Positions 59,973 to 64,000 of a stretch of DNA of 64,000 bases are shown here, in pieces. This DNA comes from Schmidtea polychroa (taxonomy: Eukaryota). Each line of letters opens with the position of its first letter. Positions within the stretch are counted from its first letter, which is position 1. The position numbers were made by a program, and so were the translations under genes. The notes beneath the pieces are model-generated. The model saw only the letters and a list, made by a program, of their open reading frames with translations, ran no database searches and was not told the DNA's origin. The DNA lies in assembly GCA_044892525.1 (NCBI GenBank), contig CM097885.1, forward strand, positions 237,338,001-237,402,000, read 5' to 3'.

Positions 59973-60194
59973 ATGATTGACTTTATTGAAAGAATGAGAA
60001 ATGAATTGAATGAAGTTAAACTTAAGAGAATGAAAAGAAGAGAAGAAGAACCATTAGAATACATTAAAGAGTTGGTGGTAGAGAATGAAAAGTATCGACA
60101 TTTTTACATGAATGCAGTAGAAGTAGCTGAGAAAAGATTAGATAAAATAAAACAATTACAGGAAAGAATAAAAGAACTTGAATCGATTATTTAA
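59973..60194 (+). CDS. Small coiled-coil protein, 73 aa
   Basis: Same AAAATG start context as the other viral genes; heptad-like; stop codon coincides with the inner TIR border. Confidence 0.6.
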   Translation: MIDFIERMRNELNEVKLKRMKRREEEPLEYIKELVVENEKYRHFYMNAVEVAEKRLDKIKQLQERIKELESII

Positions 60195-60941
60195 AAAAAT
60201 GACAAAAATTCAAACCTTGATGGCGCAGTGGGAATAGACTGGCACAGTGGTTCAAATGGATAGTGGTTCAAATCACATCTGAGGTTAGTTTCTTTTCAAC
60301 ATAAAATAATATTAAAAATTTGAAAATAATATTGAAAATAGTGTGGGTATCTTATATTTATAAAGTACTTGTATATTTTATTTTATTTATTTTATTTTAT
60401 TTTATTTTTTTATTAATTAATTATTTTTTAAACATAAATATGAAAAAAAAAATATTGAAACGGGTGTGGTGGCGAACCGGTAATTATCGCCACCAGTCTT
60501 TCGAACACACCCGGATCGATCCCATAATGTGCACATTTATTTCTCGGTTGTTTTCGGACCTCTTTCGGATTCGCTTTCGAATTCATTTGTACTTTCGAGC
60601 AGCACATTTAAAACGCCGATGAAATCGTATTCGAGCGAGAAGCGAATAATAAGGTGTGCTGCTATTATCGAATTGATTCTGATTATGAGCCTGGCCAGCT
60701 TTCTAACTTTTTCATAATACCATTTTCTTTTCTATTCTCTTTATGTTTTTAGTTTGAAGCTTTTGAGTTTGAGGCTTTAAAGATTAAAACAGTTAGAGTC
60801 ATTAAGGGTGGTTGTTTTCAAAATATAGGGTTAAAATACTATAAAAGTATAAGTTTTAGGTTGTTTTTCTAATAGCTTAAGTGATTTGGAGGCATGTTTT
60901 GTTGGGAGGGCTGTTTTGGTTGGGTATATAACCACACTACT
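60190..60941 (-). repeat. Right TIR of the Polinton (~750 bp)
   Basis: Reverse complement of the left TIR with few substitutions. Confidence 0.95.
60213..60296 (+). ncRNA. Putative Pol III small RNA (VA-RNA/tRNA-like), right TIR copy
   Basis: A box TGGCGCAGTGG 60221-60231; B box-like GGTTCAAATC 60265-60274; terminal stem AACCTTGATG/CATCTGAGGTT; TTTCTTTT terminator. Confidence 0.5.
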
Positions 60942-61059
60942 CAAGTCATTACTTAAAAATTTTATTTTTTCTTGATCATTTGTTTCAAATGTTTAGGGAT
61001 AATTTCATATTTTGATCTATTGTTTTGCATTTTTTAAATTGTCAGTTTCTTTTATTTTA

Positions 61060-61937
61060 GTGTGCTCTCAACATTTTATAGTGCTCTACTTTTCAAGAGC
61101 TAAATTTTATTAAGGTTGTATATACGACAACAATACATTTATTCACAAAGCATTAATAGAAACTATTATTAGCTATAATTCTGATACTAAAACTACATGT
61201 CTTAGAGTGGATTAAAGACTCAAGGGTTTTCACCATGTGCTCATCATGACAACTCGACTTTATTGATCAACCTGGAGTTAATGTACACATCAGGTTGAAA
61301 AGATCTGATTCTGCATTATCACTAAATAGTGCTGCTAGTCAACCTATATGTCAAGTAGTGGATGCAAAAGAAGAGTTCGTGTAGATTTGTCAGTAACAGC
61401 TGGTTATCAAATGGGTCTTAATTCTAAACATGCAATCTATCCATTGAAAAGAATAAAATTGTACAATATGATATTGTCAAGGGTGCTTCTTCATTTTATA
61501 AGGAAAAATATTTGGTGATAAAAGAATGCCTAACTTTATTCTAATAATATTTCAAAGTGAAACTCAATATAATGGATTGTACATTGATTCAAATTCAATA
61601 TTTAAAAGCTTTTGTGTAACTTCTTTAACTTTATCGAAAAATATTGATTATAGGGAAACCTAGAGCTCAAGATTTTGATAATGATAATTAATGTGTCACT
61701 TATATACAGAGTATAGTGAAAAATATGGGTTATTTGAACAAAAACTTGAATTGTCGTATAACTCTTGAAGAATTCAAAACTAAATACCAGTTTTTTACAT
61801 TTGTTTTTGTCACCAACGGTAATTTAGTATTAGATATAAAGTTTGCAAAAGCTATTGCTGAACCAGTACATATTATAATATATGGTTTATTTGAAAATGA
61901 GGTGCAAATTGCTGCAAATAGAACAATGTTGGTATAA
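61060..61937 (+). pseudogene. Decayed major capsid protein gene from a different Polinton lineage
   Basis: Ordered fragments NNTFIHKALIETIISYNSDTK (61129), PGVNVHIRLKRSDSALSL (61271), AIYPLKRIK (~61432) and GNLVLDIKFAKAIAEPVHIIIYGLFENEVQI (ORF 61716-61937) match the PY consensus pattern; several frameshifts and stops. Confidence 0.8.
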
Positions 61938-62123
61938 ATATATAAAGAAATTATGAAAAAGTTGTCATGAAGTAAGGTTCTATATATTATTAGATTTATT
62001 GATGTAGTTCTGTTCTATCAAATTGGAAAACAAATACTGGAGCAAGAAACCTTTTAGGAGTTTATCCTCTTGAAAACATTCCATATTTGAGTAATAATCA
62101 ATCCATAATCGTTTATACTAATT

Positions 62124-62380
62124 CAGTGGCGGAACTTCAAAATTTGGGCCCCCCCCGCGCAATGTAAAATATTTCCACTTAAATGTTTCGGTTAAAGTTT
62201 AATACATAATTATTCACAGCAGCCGCTATTCAATGATAGCTTTATGTTTGTAGGCAAATATAACAGCGGGAAAAAAGTTTCAGAAAATGATTGTAAATAT
62301 TTTTTAGTAATAATTTTGGGTCCCCTATAGCTGGTGGGCCCCCGCAACGCAGGGTCCTGCGTCCACTAGTTACGCCACTG
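62124..62380. mobile_element. hAT MITE, 257 bp
   Basis: TIR CAGTGGCGGAACT / AGTTACGCCACTG; perfect 8-bp TSD TACTAATT (62116-62123, 62381-62388); GGGCCCC subterminal motifs. Confidence 0.93.
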
Positions 62381-62570
62381 TACTAATTCATTTCATCTCG
62401 ACAGAGAACATTGAATTTCGATAAATATAAAATCTGTTAAAATATTAGTGTTTGATCCTATGGGTTTCTATTATCCGGGTTTATTGATTTCGAAACTACA
62501 GCCAATAGGAAAACGTATTGTGTATAATAAAAGAATGTTTCAAAACTCCTTGACTAATTTCACCCATCGT

Positions 62571-62751
62571 TCGCTTAACGAAAATTCTTTTTACGAAATT
62601 TTGCTAACGTAATTTCAAAATTAAACCAAAGTCTCGGTTTACGTAATAAAATTTTGATTTACGAAATTTTTTTACATACATATTGTACATTTTTGAATTT
62701 ATTTCGATTTACGAACAAATTTTCGTGAAAGAATTAAATTCGTTAAGCGAG
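62571..62751. mobile_element. Decayed pogo/Tigger-like MITE remnant
   Basis: Inverted TCGCTTAACGAA / TTCGTTAAGCGA with internal TTTACGAA repeats; termini not resolved. Confidence 0.4.
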
Positions 62752-62884
62752 AGATAGGGTTATTGGGGACATTACTGTTTAGCCTGGTTAATGTACAATA
62801 AATGATTAATAAATGTTTTTAAAGAATTGAGTTTTTATTATTATTATTGTATTTGTTTTCATTAGAAATGCACTTTGTACACAG

Positions 62885-63135
62885 TAACCGTGCATGGTTA
62901 ACAAAGACAATGAAGGAATAACAAGGAACGTGTATACAGGATTTCATCACAATTATACTATATGAAATATACATACAGTGTGTAATTAACAAGGAACCAT
63001 AAACAATTGCAATGCATGATTAGCAAAGACAATTCTTGCATGGAAAGGAATCCTGCATGTATAGTTACCAAAGGACACACACATGAATGATTAACAAAGA
63101 CTTATGCATGCCTGTATCTTTAACAATAAACATGT
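62885..63135. repeat. Degenerate minisatellite (GCATG.TTAACAAAGAC-type unit)
   Basis: Recurrent AACAAAGAC/AACAAGGAAC and TGCATG. Confidence 0.6.
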
Positions 63136-64000
63136 AGATGTGATTTTCTCTCACCATGGGTATACACCCGTTTGCACTGAATAAACGCATCTATAATATG
63201 GGTTGGTATGTACAACCAATTATAGACGCGTCATTGTTTATAAAATTTAACTATGTGGTTAATTTAATATGTATTTAGTTTAACCACTATTTATTGATTT
63301 ATTTATTTATTAGCTATTTTAACTATTTGCATTTAGCCATTTTAGAAATGGTTTTCAAGTAATTTTTTTTATTTAAAGTGAACTTTAAGGCTTGAATATT
63401 GATAGATATGAAATCATTATTCAAGCTCTTAAATAATACTTTTTATCAACATTTTTTATTATAAATTATTTTTAATTAATTTTTCAGGAGTTTTAGATGT
63501 TATTATTATTATTTGGAATTATTTCAATATAATGTGAGTTTTATTATTATTTTATTAAGTAATTAAGAAAGAAATATAATTTATTAATCACCAAAAATAT
63601 CAATTTTTTTACAACATTTAGGGAAAAAAACGGTAGATGTGTTGAAAATAATTTTTTAAATTTTTATATTCGTCTTTTTTCAGTTTGTCAAGTTTTGAAA
63701 TTCTATAGAAATATTAATTTTTAGAAAAACTATTAAATTTATTAAAAACTTAAGATAAATCTTACGAAATAATGTCTTTATTATCTATAGAACTCAAAGT
63801 TGAGTTTTCGGAATTTTCGTTAAAGATTTTTTCATTCATTTTTTTCTAAAAAATTCTAGAAATGTCTGTAAATGATTTATTATAGTGCGTTTATTCATTG
63901 CGACGAATATATATATCGAAAATTAGCATGCATTTTTTACTATGTGTTGTGTTTGTGTGTGTCAGTTTATTTTTTCTACCACTTTCTCACTTTATATATT

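Larger units (their letters stand above)
46488..60941. mobile_element. Maverick/Polinton endogenous virus, 14,454 bp, near complete
   Basis: 5'-AGTAGT...ACTACT-3' termini; long TIRs; perfect 6-bp TSD CAAGTC (46482-46487, 60942-60947); genes for pPolB, retroviral-type integrase, ATPase, protease, and major and minor capsid proteins. Confidence 0.98.

Noticed and set aside
59888..60064. Hydrophobic 59-aa N-terminal extension of the MCP ORF
   Set aside because: Antisense to the 73-aa ORF plus an A/T-rich spacer; ATG 59887 has the element's typical start context.
60213..60296. Canonical tRNA gene
   Set aside because: A and B boxes are present but I could not build D, anticodon and T stems; kept as a putative Pol III ncRNA.

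Overview
Very AT-rich eukaryotic (animal, probably invertebrate) genomic DNA, rich in transposon debris and (AAT)n microsatellites. There is one clear host gene: an 8-exon type I PKA regulatory subunit (6090-13766, +, 382 aa after splicing). The dominant feature is a near-complete 14,454-bp Maverick/Polinton endogenous virus (46488-60941) with AGTAGT termini, about 750-bp TIRs and a perfect 6-bp TSD (CAAGTC). It encodes a protein-primed PolB (one frameshift), major and minor capsid proteins, an adenain-type protease, an A32-type packaging ATPase (degenerate Walker A), a fibre-like protein, an adenovirus pX/mu-like protein and a Zn-finger/PLA2/integrase fusion. Each TIR carries at its inner edge a roughly 75-nt Pol III-type (A box/B box/oligo-T) structured unit, reminiscent of adenoviral VA RNAs; this is the most novel signal. 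The Polinton sits next to the decayed capsid gene of a different, older Polinton. Other elements: a DD34E Tc1/IS630-type transposon, Merlin remnants, hAT MITEs and fragments, a CACTA-ended element enclosing a proteasome alpha-6 fragment, and a 4.45-kb TG...CA element inserted in an AAT microsatellite. All family assignments come from motifs read by eye; no database searches were run.
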